Made by a program: the position numbers and the translations under genes | Origin: an uncultured Alphaproteobacteria bacterium | Lineage (GTDB): Bacteria; Pseudomonadota; Alphaproteobacteria; CAAHEQ01; UBA3637 | Direction: 5' to 3' | Assembly: GCA_934234055.1 (NCBI GenBank) | Contig: CAKQGY010000002.1 | Span: forward strand, 74,427-138,426 | DNA length: 64,000 nt | The notes under the pieces: generated by a model | Told to the model about the DNA's origin: nothing | Database searches by the model: none | What the model saw: the letters and a program-made list of their open reading frames with translations, nothing else | Shown here: piece after piece, positions 1 through 10,249 of the stretch | Layout of the letters: each line of letters starts with the position of its first letter | Position numbering within the stretch: the first letter of the stretch is position 1

Positions 1-1
1 A

Positions 2-790
2 ACGGCGCATGAGCCGGCGTTGCATGGCTGGTTTGCCAAAACAGCGCGGGGGGATGTGCTGATCAAAACAGAAGAACGCCAGCGGGAAGGTGAATCTGTC
101 CGAGTGCAAATCACTATTGAAGCGCACGACGAAAAACCCGCGACGGGCATTTTAAGCAATGAACCCGAGCAATGGGGAGATTCATTTGCGGGCCGGGCAA
201 CAGAAGACGCCCCGATAGAAGATATATCCGCGGCCGAGATGGACGACCTGATGGACCGGGCTATGGCGGCAGATTGCGCTTTGGCAGGCGGCGGGGTTCT
301 GCACATCGAGCATACGCGAATCGGATGGGCTATTGATGTGGATACGCGGACAGCGGGGGCGGCGTGGCGGACAATCAATCAAGAAGCTGTGCAAGAAATT
401 GCGCGACAAATTGGCTTGAAAAATATGGGAGGCCTGATCCTGATTGACTTTGCGGGCAGTAAACGCGGGCGCGCGGGACGGGAAATTGGGGCAGCCCTGA
501 AAACGGCTTTGGCAGAAGATGACCTGATCACCGGGGCCGGTTGGACAAAAGCGGGGCTTTACGAATTGATGCGGACACGACGGCGCGCGTCTTTGTGGGA
601 CAATCTGGGGAATGAAAATCGCCTGGCGACCTATTACCGAATCCGGCGGGCGGTGGCGAATTGTCGCCGTGGGTGCGTGCGGGTGCGAGTGGCCCCTGCC
701 CTGATACCGATGTTGACGGCTGTCGGGATTGCGGCAGAACCGGTCTTTGAAAAACCGATGTCCTTTTTTGAAATTGTGGAGAATGAATGA
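2..790 (+). CDS. rng: RNase E/G family ribonuclease, C-terminal part (5' end outside window)
   Basis: The open frame runs from the window edge. The GGLILIDFAG...ITGAGWTKAGLYELMRTRRR stretch matches the conserved RNase G/E catalytic-core C-terminus. It ends in an ATGA overlap with the next gene. Confidence 0.7.
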   Translation, partial: TAHEPALHGWFAKTARGDVLIKTEERQREGESVRVQITIEAHDEKPATGILSNEPEQWGDSFAGRATEDAPIEDISAAEMDDLMDRAMAADCALAGGGVLHIEHTRIGWAIDVDTRTAGAAWRTINQEAVQEIARQIGLKNMGGLILIDFAGSKRGRAGREIGAALKTALAEDDLITGAGWTKAGLYELMRTRRRASLWDNLGNENRLATYYRIRRAVANCRRGCVRVRVAPALIPMLTAVGIAAEPVFEKPMSFFEIVENE

Positions 791-993
791 TGACTGAAAA
801 TACGCCGATTTTGAATACAAAATGCCCGATATGCGGGAAGTTGGCAACCCTGGAATACAAGCCGTTTTGCTCGAAAAAATGCGCGGATATTGACCTGGGG
901 CGATGGCTGAAAGGCAACTATGTCGTGCATACCGACGAGGTGCCCGATGAGGCCGATTTGGCCGAGACAATCGCCGAAATTGAAAAAAAATGA
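787..993 (+). CDS. yacG: DNA gyrase inhibitor YacG (zinc-ribbon protein)
   Basis: 68 aa with the CPICGK...PFCSKKC...DLGRWL motif characteristic of YacG. It is translationally coupled to rng. Confidence 0.75.
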   Translation: MMTENTPILNTKCPICGKLATLEYKPFCSKKCADIDLGRWLKGNYVVHTDEVPDEADLAETIAEIEKK

Positions 994-1055
994 CTTTTTT
1001 ATAAAAAAAGACTGGACTTTTGTTTCATTTTAGGGTATAAGGGGTGTTATGCGAT

Positions 1056-1131
1056 GCCTGGGTAGCTCAGTCGGTAGAGCAAGGGACTGAAAATCCCTGT
1101 GTCGGCGGTTCGATTCCGTCCCCAGGCACCA
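1056..1131 (+). tRNA. tRNA-Phe (anticodon GAA), with encoded CCA
   Basis: 7-bp acceptor stem GCCTGGG/CCCAGGC. D-arm AGCTCAGTCGGTAGAGC. Anticodon loop CTGAAAA. T-arm GGTTCGATTCC. Discriminator A followed by CCA. Confidence 0.9.
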
Positions 1132-1178
1132 TCCATTAAAACCGTCCGAAAGGGCGATTTTTTTTATGGGAAAGAGTT

Positions 1179-1245
1179 GCATTCGTGTTTGGTTGATTCT
1201 TCGGGGGCAAGTCCCCTGCCCCGCTCAGAATGAGGGGAAGAATAA
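1179..1245. repeat. Palindromic interspersed repeat, copy A (subtype 1: GCATTCGTGTT..GATTCTTCGGGG-hairpin-CTCAGAATGA plus purine-rich tail)
   Basis: Near-identical arms are shared with copies at 15016, 26298 and 27246. The internal palindrome is GGGGGCAAGTCCCCTGCCCC. Confidence 0.7.
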
Positions 1246-1287
1246 CGAGGGGTAAGGTGGTTGTGGGGCATTGGGATAAGAAAAAGA

Positions 1288-1316
1288 TTGACGGGGGGAG
1301 GATTATCTGCTATGAT
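1288..1316 (+). promoter_or_regulatory. Sigma70-like promoter (TTGACG-17-TATGAT) for the 1389 gene
   Basis: Hexamers with 17-bp spacing sit immediately downstream of repeat copy A. Confidence 0.45.
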
Positions 1317-1388
1317 ACAAAATAACACAATCTGTAATGAAAAAATGTCATTTGTTATGATGTCAAGAATATAAAAGGATTAAAAAAT

Positions 1389-2207
1389 ATGCAAAAATTA
1401 CCCGTCAGTGTCGGCATACTTTCCTATAAGGCACACAAAACAATTGATCATACTTTGACGCAATACGGCGACTTTTTAACGCATTTTGAAGAAGCAAAAG
1501 TCTTCTTTCAATGCGTGAGTGAAGCCGATCAACGCATCGCCGAAAAACACAAAATCGCTTGGCAAGGAAGGCCGGATAATATCGGCATCCAAAGCGGTAT
1601 GCGGTGGGTGGTGGAAAACCTGAACGGCGAGTATATCCTGTATATGGAAAATGATTTCCAACTGCTGTATGATGTGAAAACGGCCGTGCGGGAAATTGAA
1701 AAAGCCCTGGACTTGGTGCGCACGGGGCGCGCGGATATTGTGCGGCTGCGGTCGCGCTTTAACGCCGGAGAGCCGTTTAACGATGTTCGCAAATATACGC
1801 ACTTGTTTAAGCCGGTGGCTATACACCCGGATTTTCGCGATTTTCACAAAATTCAAAAGACGATGCCGATGTTGAAATACCTGAGGCCGGGAAAAGCCAG
1901 GCGGTTGGCGGCGCGGGCGTTGTATCTGGAAAAAGAACCGGAAAAACTGTTCCCGAAAATCATCAAAAAAGACGGCGATTTTTATTTTGTGGACTCGGCC
2001 TATCTGAATTGGACAAATAACCCGACAATCGTGCGCAAAGACTTGTTCCTGAAACTGCTGGACTATGCCGATGCACACCCGTCGCACCGAACCGTGAACG
2101 GTATGCAAGACTTGGAAAAGCCGTTGAACTGCCGGTGGTGGCAAGAACAACACTTGACAATCGCCATCGGAAACGGAATCTTTATCCACAATCGACTAGA
2201 CCGGTAA
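1389..2207 (+). CDS. Hypothetical protein (possible GT-A-fold glycosyltransferase)
   Basis: 272-aa ORF in an AT-rich context with its own promoter. It lies next to a polysaccharide deacetylase. An ENDF acidic motif is present. No confident family assignment is possible by eye. Confidence 0.45.
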   Translation: MQKLPVSVGILSYKAHKTIDHTLTQYGDFLTHFEEAKVFFQCVSEADQRIAEKHKIAWQGRPDNIGIQSGMRWVVENLNGEYILYMENDFQLLYDVKTAVREIEKALDLVRTGRADIVRLRSRFNAGEPFNDVRKYTHLFKPVAIHPDFRDFHKIQKTMPMLKYLRPGKARRLAARALYLEKEPEKLFPKIIKKDGDFYFVDSAYLNWTNNPTIVRKDLFLKLLDYADAHPSHRTVNGMQDLEKPLNCRWWQEQHLTIAIGNGIFIHNRLDR

Positions 2208-3158
2208 AAGCAAATCGTCAATCGGCGTGTCGGACTCTATGAAAATTCGATGTAGAGCATAGGTATCATCGGCGTCCGTAATATATCGGCGTTTGAGCGC
2301 GGGATCCGCCGGATTGACCAACACGGCACTGTCGTAATGAGCACGAATGATTGCGTCGCTGGCCGAATTATGGTGCCCATACGGATACGAAAAATGGGTG
2401 CAGGAGCGGTTGAGCCATTCAGTCAGCTTGGCTTGGCTGAGGAGAGCCTCGGCCAAAGGATCAGGCACGCGGTCCATATGCACATGGTGATTGGTGTGAG
2501 AGCCGATCTGGCACAAGTCATCGGCTGCCATTTCCTGTAAATCCGCCACAGAGCACGCACCGGCACGGTGATAAGCCGCAAAATCCAGGTGCGAATCGTG
2601 CAGCAAAAACGACATAATTTGATGCCCGGAAAGAAAGGGCAGAACACGTTTGATATATTTGAACCACCACCAAAGACGCTTGAAACGATGCTGTTTTTGG
2701 GGTAGCGTCAGTGGCAGCGCATTGATCTTGTCGCACAGCAACAGCAGGCCGTCCATCTCGGGCAACCGACAATTGTTAAAGCCGTTCTCTATTAAATCGG
2801 TGGCAATATAAAACACAAACGGGACATTGTGCTTTTTGAAAACCGGATAGGCATGGGTGTAGATGTTCTTCCACCCGTCATCAATCGTAATAACGATGTT
2901 TTTATGCTCTTGGTCGTCAGCTTTGTCGCGCAAAAAACGATCCAGGGATACAAAGGTATAACCCCGATCCCGCGCGGCGATAATCAACTGCTCCAATCGG
3001 GCGGGGGTGAGGTTTAGGTAATTAAACATCGGAGAAATATCCCGACGGAACGAATCGGGTTCAACACTGTGCAAACCCCAAATAATTCCTTTTTTCAACA
3101 TTATAGACCGTCCTTTCCAAAACGAAAATACTATACGCTGATTTTTTTCAAAAGACAA
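2196..3158 (-). CDS. Polysaccharide deacetylase (NodB-homology domain) family protein
   Basis: A TIDDG motif and a histidine-rich motif region are typical of the NodB/PgdA family. An alternative start at 3101 (MLKKG..) has better SD spacing. Confidence 0.65.
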   Translation of the reverse strand: MSFEKNQRIVFSFWKGRSIMLKKGIIWGLHSVEPDSFRRDISPMFNYLNLTPARLEQLIIAARDRGYTFVSLDRFLRDKADDQEHKNIVITIDDGWKNIYTHAYPVFKKHNVPFVFYIATDLIENGFNNCRLPEMDGLLLLCDKINALPLTLPQKQHRFKRLWWWFKYIKRVLPFLSGHQIMSFLLHDSHLDFAAYHRAGACSVADLQEMAADDLCQIGSHTNHHVHMDRVPDPLAEALLSQAKLTEWLNRSCTHFSYPYGHHNSASDAIIRAHYDSAVLVNPADPALKRRYITDADDTYALHRIFIESDTPIDDLLLPV

Positions 3159-3316
3159 GTGTTATTTTTCCCTTGCATTTGGAAAAAAAATAAGTAAAAT
3201 AAAACTATTCGTAAAGGAAAGTTTGATGCAAAACAGAGTGCCGACAGTTATCCCAATGGATCGGTTTTTAACCGCCGGGGCGGCTCTCCCCCAAAATCAG
3301 CTTTCACAATATAACC

Positions 3317-3352
3317 GGAACTCCCTGAAAAATCAGGGAGTTCTTTCTTTTA
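3317..3352 (+). promoter_or_regulatory. Hairpin plus U-run (intrinsic terminator-like) inside the pyrG 5' leader; candidate attenuator
   Basis: GGAACTCCCTGA-aaaat-TCAGGGAGTTCT gives a 12-bp stem, followed by TTCTTTCTTTT. It ends 26 nt before the pyrG ATG, leaving no room for a promoter downstream. Confidence 0.5.
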
Positions 3353-3377
3353 ACAATCAGCAGGAAAGTGTTTATCT

Positions 3378-5021
3378 ATGACAAAATATATCTTTATATT
3401 AGGGGGTGTGGTATCCTCGTTAGGCAAGGGAATCGCGTCGGCAGCAACGGGAAGCCTGTTAAAGGCAAGAGGCTATTCGGTGCGAATGCGGAAAATGGAC
3501 CCCTATTTGAACATTGACCCGGGGACAATGTCGCCCTATCAACACGGGGAAGTCTTTGTGACTGACGACGGTGCCGAAACAGATCTGGACCTGGGGCACT
3601 ATGAGCGCTTTACAGGCGTCAATTGCCATAAAACCGACAGCATTTCGGGCGGGCGAATCTATTATAATGTGATCCAAAAAGAACGCCGGGGAAATTACTT
3701 GGGCGCAACGGTGCAGGCTATTCCGCATGTGACAAATGAAATTAAAGACTTTTTGAAGTCCGACCTGCACGGGGAGGATTTCGTCCTGTATGAAGTGGGG
3801 GGAACGGTCGGTGATATTGAGGGGACTTTGTTCCTGGAAGCAATCCGGCAATTCGCCAATGAGGTCGGACGCGAAAATGTGTGCTTTTTGTTCCTGACGC
3901 TGCTGCCGTATATTCCGACAGCGGGAGAATTGAAAACAAAACCCACGCAACACGCGATCAAAACCCTGATGGAAGCGGGGATTCAAGCCGATATTCTGCT
4001 GTGCCGCAGTCAGCAAATGCTGGGGTCGGATGAACGACGGAAGTTGGCTTTGTTCTGTAATGTCGCACCCGACGATGTGATTATGGCGTTGGACGCGGAC
4101 AGCATCTATAAAATCCCCCTCACCTATCACGAGCAAGGATTAGATGTGCAGGTGTTAAAACACTTTGGTATGTTGGCACAATCGCCCGAACCCGATCTGG
4201 ATTCGTGGAAAAAAATTATCTCGGTCATACAAAACTATGAAAAAGAAGTGAAAATTGCCGTGGTGGGGAAATACTGCGGGCTGTTGGAAGCATATAAATC
4301 CCTGCACGAAGCGTTGATACATGCGGGAATTGCCAATAATGCCAAAGTCAAAATTGCTTGGTTGGAAGCCGAACAATTAGAAGGTAAAACACAAGAAGAA
4401 GTCAATCAAACATTAAAACCCTATGCCGGGATTCTCATTCCGGGCGGATTCGGTCAACGCGGTATTGACGGCAAAATTAAAGCGATTCGCTATGCCCGCG
4501 AGCATCAGGTGCCTTTCTTCGGGATTTGCCTGGGAATGCAAATGGCCGTGGTGGAAGCATGCCGGAATATGTTGGGGATTGCACAGGCAGGATCGGCCGA
4601 ATTCGGGGATGATTGTGTGCCGGTGATTTCTAAAATGAAAGTCTGGGAGCAGGACGGGAAAAAGCAAATCCGACCCGATAACGGCGATCTGGGCGGGACA
4701 ATGCGGCTGGGGGCGTATCCGTGCGACCTGAAACCCGGGTCGTTGGCAGCACAAATCTATGGCGGAAAAACCGAAATTCGCGAACGGCATCGCCACCGTT
4801 ATGAAATGGATATTTCGTATGAGGGGCAGTTGGCCGAAAAGGGCATGGTTATCTCGGGCAAATCGCCGGACAAGTTGCTGCCGGAAATTGTGGAAATACC
4901 GACCCATCCGTTCTTTATCGGCGTGCAATTTCACCCGGAATTTACTTCACGACCCAATAACCCCAATCCGATCTTTCGGGCGTTTATAGAAGCCGCCTTG
5001 AAACACGGATACCTGGTTTAG
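3378..5021 (+). CDS. pyrG: CTP synthase
   Basis: 547 aa. The N-terminal [12 protein letters not shown]-loop-like synthase domain and the C-terminal glutamine amidotransferase motifs (GICLGMQ, HPEF) are present. Confidence 0.95.
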   Translation: MTKYIFILGGVVSSLGKGIASAATGSLLKARGYSVRMRKMDPYLNIDPGTMSPYQHGEVFVTDDGAETDLDLGHYERFTGVNCHKTDSISGGRIYYNVIQKERRGNYLGATVQAIPHVTNEIKDFLKSDLHGEDFVLYEVGGTVGDIEGTLFLEAIRQFANEVGRENVCFLFLTLLPYIPTAGELKTKPTQHAIKTLMEAGIQADILLCRSQQMLGSDERRKLALFCNVAPDDVIMALDADSIYKIPLTYHEQGLDVQVLKHFGMLAQSPEPDLDSWKKIISVIQNYEKEVKIAVVGKYCGLLEAYKSLHEALIHAGIANNAKVKIAWLEAEQLEGKTQEEVNQTLKPYAGILIPGGFGQRGIDGKIKAIRYAREHQVPFFGICLGMQMAVVEACRNMLGIAQAGSAEFGDDCVPVISKMKVWEQDGKKQIRPDNGDLGGTMRLGAYPCDLKPGSLAAQIYGGKTEIRERHRHRYEMDISYEGQLAEKGMVISGKSPDKLLPEIVEIPTHPFFIGVQFHPEFTSRPNNPNPIFRAFIEAALKHGYLV

Positions 5022-6433
5022 TCCACGACTGCTATATGTAAGATGTTGGTGTTCCCTTTCTGCGCAAAGGGAATGCCGGCCGTGATGATAATTTCCTGAC
5101 CCTTGGATGCCATTTTGAGCGCTTTGGCCTGATGCACTGCGACAGGAGAAACCTCGGTCATATCGTGCAGCGAATGCGTCCAGGCCGGCGTGACCCCCCA
5201 CACAAGCGCCAAGCGGTTGGCAATCTTTTCATTCGGAGTGAGCCCCAAAATGGGGACAGGAGCACGCTCACGCGAGACGCGCATTGTCGTTTTACCGGAA
5301 ACGGAATAAGTGGCAATGCAGGCAGGCTTGTCCAAAACCTGAACCATATTCTTCATACAGGAGGTAATGGCACTGGCAACCGTCTTGTCGGGCGGAAGGG
5401 TGTGCATCTCCATCGCGCGAACATAATAGCCGTCAACCTGAATCTTGTCAATGATTTGACGCATCATCTTGACCGCCTGAACCGGATATTGCCCAACAGC
5501 CGTCTCGGCCGATAACATCACGCAATCGGCACCCTCGTATACCGCGGTGGCCACATCGGAAACCTCGGCCCGCGTGGGGACAGGTGCGCTGATCATACTT
5601 TCCAACATTTGGGTGGCAACAATCACCGGCTTGCCCGCGCGACGGCAGGTGTCTACAATCTGATGCTGTAAGGCGGGGACGGTCTCTATGGGGCACTCTA
5701 CGCCCAAATCACCACGCGCCACCATCACCCCGTCGGCCAAGTCCACAATCGCGTTTAAGTTCAAAATCGCAGAGGGCTTTTCAATCTTGACAATAATGCC
5801 GGCACGATCGCCGATAATCTGGCGAGCCTGCTTGACATCGGCGGGTTGCTGAACAAATGACAGGCACACCCAATCGACGCCGAGTTTGAGTGCAAAATCC
5901 AGATCCTGTTTGTCCTTGGCCGTCAGTGCGGAAATGGGCAGAACAACATCGGGAAGATTAACCCCCTTGTGGTCCGAAAGCACACCGCCGACCAGGACTT
6001 TTGTCGTGAGTGCCGTGCGTGATACTGCCGTGACGGAAAGCTGAATCTGGCCGTCATTGAGCAGCAGAGTCATCCCTTTTTTGACGGCACGGTAAATCTC
6101 GGGGTGGGGCAAAAGAACACGATCGGGCGTGCCGGGATCCTTATTCATGTCCAGCGTGAAAGTCTGGCCCTTTTTAAGGGTGATTTTACCCTCGGCAAAA
6201 GTGCCGACGCGCAACTTGGGCCCCTGCATATCCGCCAAAATACTGATAAAGCGATTGTGTTTTTTGGCCAGGCGGCGAATCGTCTGATAACGCTGCTTTT
6301 GCTCGGCGGGAGTGCCGTGGCTGAAATTCATACGAAAAACATCTACGCCCGCAAGCATCAGGTCTTCTATTTTGTCAGGGGTGGAGGTGGCCGGCCCCAA
6401 AGTCGCCACTATTTTCGTGAACATTTGTTTCAT
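5018..6433 (-). CDS. pyk: Pyruvate kinase
   Basis: 471 aa with canonical PK N-terminus ([11 protein letters not shown]...FRMNFSHG) and the MVARGDLG motif. Its stop codon overlaps the pyrG stop on the opposite strand. Confidence 0.9.
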   Translation of the reverse strand: MKQMFTKIVATLGPATSTPDKIEDLMLAGVDVFRMNFSHGTPAEQKQRYQTIRRLAKKHNRFISILADMQGPKLRVGTFAEGKITLKKGQTFTLDMNKDPGTPDRVLLPHPEIYRAVKKGMTLLLNDGQIQLSVTAVSRTALTTKVLVGGVLSDHKGVNLPDVVLPISALTAKDKQDLDFALKLGVDWVCLSFVQQPADVKQARQIIGDRAGIIVKIEKPSAILNLNAIVDLADGVMVARGDLGVECPIETVPALQHQIVDTCRRAGKPVIVATQMLESMISAPVPTRAEVSDVATAVYEGADCVMLSAETAVGQYPVQAVKMMRQIIDKIQVDGYYVRAMEMHTLPPDKTVASAITSCMKNMVQVLDKPACIATYSVSGKTTMRVSRERAPVPILGLTPNEKIANRLALVWGVTPAWTHSLHDMTEVSPVAVHQAKALKMASKGQEIIITAGIPFAQKGNTNILHIAVVD

Positions 6434-6436
6434 GGT

Positions 6437-7333
6437 TTATCCTTCTATCTTAAAAGTAATTCGCCCCGTCAGTGATTGCAAGGGACCGATACTGCGAATC
6501 CCTGTGCCAATCACTCCGTCGGCCGCCAAATTAAACGCATTGGAGGCGTTGGTGGTGGGCTCTAAACAAAAGAAATTTTTACCCCGCGGGGCAAATAAGA
6601 CCACATGGTGAAATAACTCGTTCGTCGTGATGTTGATCGTTAAATCACGGCTGGGATAAGTGATGCGGGCTTGTTCCTCAAAACCACCGAAACACGTGTC
6701 AAAAACCGCATTTTTAAGCGGTTGACCGCCCTCAAAGCGCCAAGGGGCCGGAGTGGGATACGGCTCGTCAAAAATCGGATCCGATTCATTGCTCCACACC
6801 AGTTGAGTCTTGAAATCCAGCTCGACATCTTTGTCTTTGATGAAAAACGGGTGGACGCCCAGGCCGCACGGCATCGGCAAAGGCGACGGATTCGTAATCT
6901 TCATCTGAATATCCAAATTGCCGTCAGTGAGCTTGTAAGTCAGCTCGGCCGTATAGGAAAACGGAAAGCCGCTGTCCTTTTTATCATGCGCCAAAAATAA
7001 AGTCAGAGAAGTGTTGGTCCGATTCACGATTCGCCACGCGCTTTTCCAGCCGTCGCCGTGAATGGGATCGGCAATGCCGGCGTGGTTTTTGGGGACTTTG
7101 CGCAAAATCCCCCAGTAGGTGAAACTGCCCCCGCGAATCCGGCCCGCATACGGCAACATCGGAAATAACGCGGCATTGTTGGCGTCCAATTTACGCCCCG
7201 ACAAATCCATAGGACGCAAAATGTCTCGGCTTTGGCCGGCACGCGTATAACGCATAAACGACAAACAAGCACCGATTTCGGGCAGAATACCGACAGATAG
7301 TTTCGGCGTGGATAAGACGATTTCTTGAGTCAT
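6437..7333 (-). CDS. Aldose 1-epimerase (galactose mutarotase-like) family protein
   Basis: 298 aa. Conserved His/Asp/Glu positions fit the mutarotase beta-sandwich fold (HGDGW.., GVHPFF). Confidence 0.6.
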   Translation of the reverse strand: MTQEIVLSTPKLSVGILPEIGACLSFMRYTRAGQSRDILRPMDLSGRKLDANNAALFPMLPYAGRIRGGSFTYWGILRKVPKNHAGIADPIHGDGWKSAWRIVNRTNTSLTLFLAHDKKDSGFPFSYTAELTYKLTDGNLDIQMKITNPSPLPMPCGLGVHPFFIKDKDVELDFKTQLVWSNESDPIFDEPYPTPAPWRFEGGQPLKNAVFDTCFGGFEEQARITYPSRDLTINITTNELFHHVVLFAPRGKNFFCLEPTTNASNAFNLAADGVIGTGIRSIGPLQSLTGRITFKIEG

Positions 7334-7335
7334 AG

Positions 7336-8403
7336 TCAGGTCCTTTTTTTCCGAGCGGCTTTCACGGCGGGTTTAACCGATGTTTTGGCCGGTTGTTCAA
7401 TCGCATTTAAGGCACGCAACAAGATGCTGTCCATCGTGTCGGTCATCGATTCTTTTTCAGAAGCGCCGAATGTGGCTGTGATGAAAAAACCGGTGTTGGC
7501 TTTAAGATTCTGCTCTTGAATACGATCTTTAAGGCGGGCGGCCAGCATCATCGCCTTGGCCACGGAAGTTTCGGGCAGAACAATGGCGAATTCCACATCA
7601 CCGACTCGGCCGATCGAATCCGAATCGCGAATCATCGTCCGGCATATATTAATCACCGAACGAACCAGGTCATCACTGAAACCTTGGCGATTCGTCTCGC
7701 TGTGGAAATAGTCCAGCTTCATCACGAGCACGGACATTTGACGTTTGTATCGAACTGCACGTTTGAGCTCGTGCATACCGGCCTCTAAAAATGCCTGACG
7801 ATTCAAAACGCCGGTCAGCGCATCAGTGGAGGTTAAAAAACGCAATTCTTCTTCCAACTGCTTGCGCTTGGTAATGTCAAAGCCGACAGAGCGCAACTCG
7901 GTCGGTTCGCCCGAATCGTTGTAAATCACACGATTCGTCCATGAAACCCAAAAATGCTCGCCGGATTTTTTGATGTTCTCGGTCTCGTGTTCCAGATACA
8001 ACTTGGGGTTTGCAAAAATACGCGAAATAATATCGGTTTGCGCGTTCAGGCGATGCTGGGCCGGAAAAATAAAACCGACGGCCTGTTGACCGATCATCTC
8101 GGTCTTGGTATAGCCGAACACCTCGGTCGCGTAATCGTTGGTATCCAAAATCTTGCCCTGAGGCGACAAAGACAGAATAATACTGCGGGAGGTTTCGGGT
8201 AAAAACGGAGAGAGCAGATTCTGATTCGCGGCGCGGGCCTCGTCCAACTCTTTATCCTTTTTCCCGAGAGTCTCTATCATATCGGACAATTTATGTTTGA
8301 GGTGACGCGACCGATTGATGAATATCAGCGACACCGTAACAAATAAAATAGCCACTACAACCAAAAATGCGTGAATATACGCAAAACAGTCCATACGAAA
8401 CAT
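7336..8403 (-). CDS. Membrane-anchored PAS-GGDEF domain protein (degenerate GDVEF signature motif)
   Basis: Order is N-terminal TM segment, a PAS-like region, then a GGDEF domain (LTGVLNRQAF ... RVGDVEFAIVLPETS). The signature reads GDVEF rather than GG[DE]EF. Confidence 0.7.
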   Translation of the reverse strand: MFRMDCFAYIHAFLVVVAILFVTVSLIFINRSRHLKHKLSDMIETLGKKDKELDEARAANQNLLSPFLPETSRSIILSLSPQGKILDTNDYATEVFGYTKTEMIGQQAVGFIFPAQHRLNAQTDIISRIFANPKLYLEHETENIKKSGEHFWVSWTNRVIYNDSGEPTELRSVGFDITKRKQLEEELRFLTSTDALTGVLNRQAFLEAGMHELKRAVRYKRQMSVLVMKLDYFHSETNRQGFSDDLVRSVINICRTMIRDSDSIGRVGDVEFAIVLPETSVAKAMMLAARLKDRIQEQNLKANTGFFITATFGASEKESMTDTMDSILLRALNAIEQPAKTSVKPAVKAARKKRT

Positions 8404-8528
8404 CTGTAATAATCTCCTAGCAAGACTAGACTAACTTTTTTTTTAACGAATAACAAGCAAAAAAATGCTTTTTCTTGACTTTTTTTGAAAAATGAGGCAT
8501 ATTACCAACAAATTTGAAAAGGTTTTGA

Positions 8529-9968
8529 ATGACAAATACGAATAAACAGGTTCGGGAAATTGTTGCAGAAAAATATCGCTACGGCTGGGAAACAGAAGTG
8601 GCGGTGGATACGGTGCCCAAAGGATTGAATGAAGACATTATCCGCCGGATCTCGCACAAAAAGAACGAGCCGGGTTGGTTGCTGGACTTTCGAATCCGAG
8701 CCTTTCGGCATTGGCAAACCATGACCGAACCGCATTGGGGGAAGTTTGACTATGCGCCGATAGACTATCAGGACCTGTATTACTATGCCGCACCGCAAAC
8801 CAAAAAAGTCGGGTCGTTGGAAGAAGTGGATCCGGAGATCCTGAAAACCTATGAAAAGCTGGGAATCCCCCTGACGGAGCAAAAAGTGCTGGCGGGAGTG
8901 GCGGTGGACGCTATCTTTGACAGCGTGTCGGTTGCGACAACCTATCGTAAGCAATTGAAAGAAAAAGGAATTATATTTTGTTCTATGTCGGAAGCGGTGC
9001 GCGACTATCCGGAATTGGTGAAAGAATATCTGGGATCGGTGGTGCCCTATACGGATAATTTTTTTGCGTGTTTGAACAGCGCGGTGTTCTCGGACGGGTC
9101 GTTCGTCTATATCCCCAAAGGTGTGCGCGCGCCATTGGAATTGTCCAGCTATTTCCGAATCAATGCCAGAAACAGCGGACAGTTTGAACGCACCCTGATT
9201 ATCGCGGAAGACGATTCATATGTAAGCTATCTGGAAGGGTGCACGGCGCCGCAACGCGACGAAAATCAACTGCACGCCGCAATCGTTGAAATTATCGTCA
9301 AAGACCGCGCGGAAGTCAAATACTCAACCGTGCAAAACTGGTACCCCGGGGACGAAAACGGACGCGGAGGAATCTATAACTTTGTGACGAAACGCGGGCT
9401 GTGTCATAATCACGCAAAGCTGTCGTGGACGCAGGTGGAAACGGGATCGGCCATTACCTGGAAATATCCGAGTTGCATTTTGAAAGGCGACTATGCGGTG
9501 GGGGAATTCTATTCGGTGGCCCTGACCAATCATCACCAGCAGGCCGATACCGGCACAAAAATGATCCACTTGGGGAAGCATACTTCCTCTACCATTATTT
9601 CAAAAGGAATATCGGCGGGGTGCTCGAATAACACCTATCGCGGGCAGGTTAAAATCACAAGCGGGGCAGAAGATGCCCGGAACTTTTCGCGATGCGACAG
9701 CCTGCTGATCGGGGACAAATGCGGCGCGCATACAATCCCGGTGATGTCGTGCGCCAATACCTCGGGCGCCATAGAACACGAGGCGACGACCTCTAAAATA
9801 TCGGAAGAACAACTGTTCTATGCCGAATCGCGCGGATTGTCGGCAGAGCAGGCCGTGGGTCTGATCGTGAACGGCTTTTGCCGGGAAGTCATGCAAAAAT
9901 TGCCGATGGAGTTTGCTATTGAAGCGCAACGCTTGATCGGTATCAACTTGGAAGGAACTGTGGGATGA
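8529..9968 (+). CDS. sufB: Fe-S cluster assembly protein SufB
   Basis: 479-aa SufB/SufD beta-helix protein with the conserved SufB C-terminal region. Confidence 0.9.
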   Translation: MTNTNKQVREIVAEKYRYGWETEVAVDTVPKGLNEDIIRRISHKKNEPGWLLDFRIRAFRHWQTMTEPHWGKFDYAPIDYQDLYYYAAPQTKKVGSLEEVDPEILKTYEKLGIPLTEQKVLAGVAVDAIFDSVSVATTYRKQLKEKGIIFCSMSEAVRDYPELVKEYLGSVVPYTDNFFACLNSAVFSDGSFVYIPKGVRAPLELSSYFRINARNSGQFERTLIIAEDDSYVSYLEGCTAPQRDENQLHAAIVEIIVKDRAEVKYSTVQNWYPGDENGRGGIYNFVTKRGLCHNHAKLSWTQVETGSAITWKYPSCILKGDYAVGEFYSVALTNHHQQADTGTKMIHLGKHTSSTIISKGISAGCSNNTYRGQVKITSGAEDARNFSRCDSLLIGDKCGAHTIPVMSCANTSGAIEHEATTSKISEEQLFYAESRGLSAEQAVGLIVNGFCREVMQKLPMEFAIEAQRLIGINLEGTVG

Positions 9969-10249
9969 AACATCAATATGCACCCGAAAATGTGTGTGAA
10001 AAAGCCCTGAAAACATGGGGCAAAAATGCGCAGATGCTGCAACTGTTGGAAGAGATGAGCGAGTTGCAAAAGGAAGTCATCAAAAATATCAATCGCGGGC
10101 AGGATAATGTCGCGGCCTTGGCCGAAGAAGCCGCCGATGTGATGATTATGATGGAACAACTGATCTATATCTATGGTATTGATGAGCAGGTTCGTCAGCA
10201 GGCGGCATATAAAATCAATCGCCTGAAAAAACACTTGGAGATGCCATAA
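9965..10249 (+). CDS. MazG-like all-alpha nucleotide pyrophosphohydrolase (small NTP-PPase)
   Basis: 94 aa with the two EExxE-type motifs of MazG-like NTP-PPases ([22 protein letters not shown]). ATGA overlap with sufB. Confidence 0.6.
   Translation: MKHQYAPENVCEKALKTWGKNAQMLQLLEEMSELQKEVIKNINRGQDNVAALAEEAADVMIMMEQLIYIYGIDEQVRQQAAYKINRLKKHLEMP

Noticed and set aside
182-970. 262-aa minus-strand ORF (and nested 528-917, 634-930) antisense to rng/yacG
   Set aside because: It lies entirely antisense to well-supported genes. The Arg/Pro-rich composition is typical of GC-rich antisense frames. There is no RBS.
1476-2189. 237-aa minus-strand ORF overlapping the 1389-2207 gene
   Set aside because: It is an antisense shadow ORF. 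The plus-strand gene has the promoter and RBS context.
3459-4136. Minus-strand ORFs inside pyrG (3459-4136, 4413-4934 and others)
   Set aside because: They are antisense to a highly conserved CTP synthase with no independent signals.
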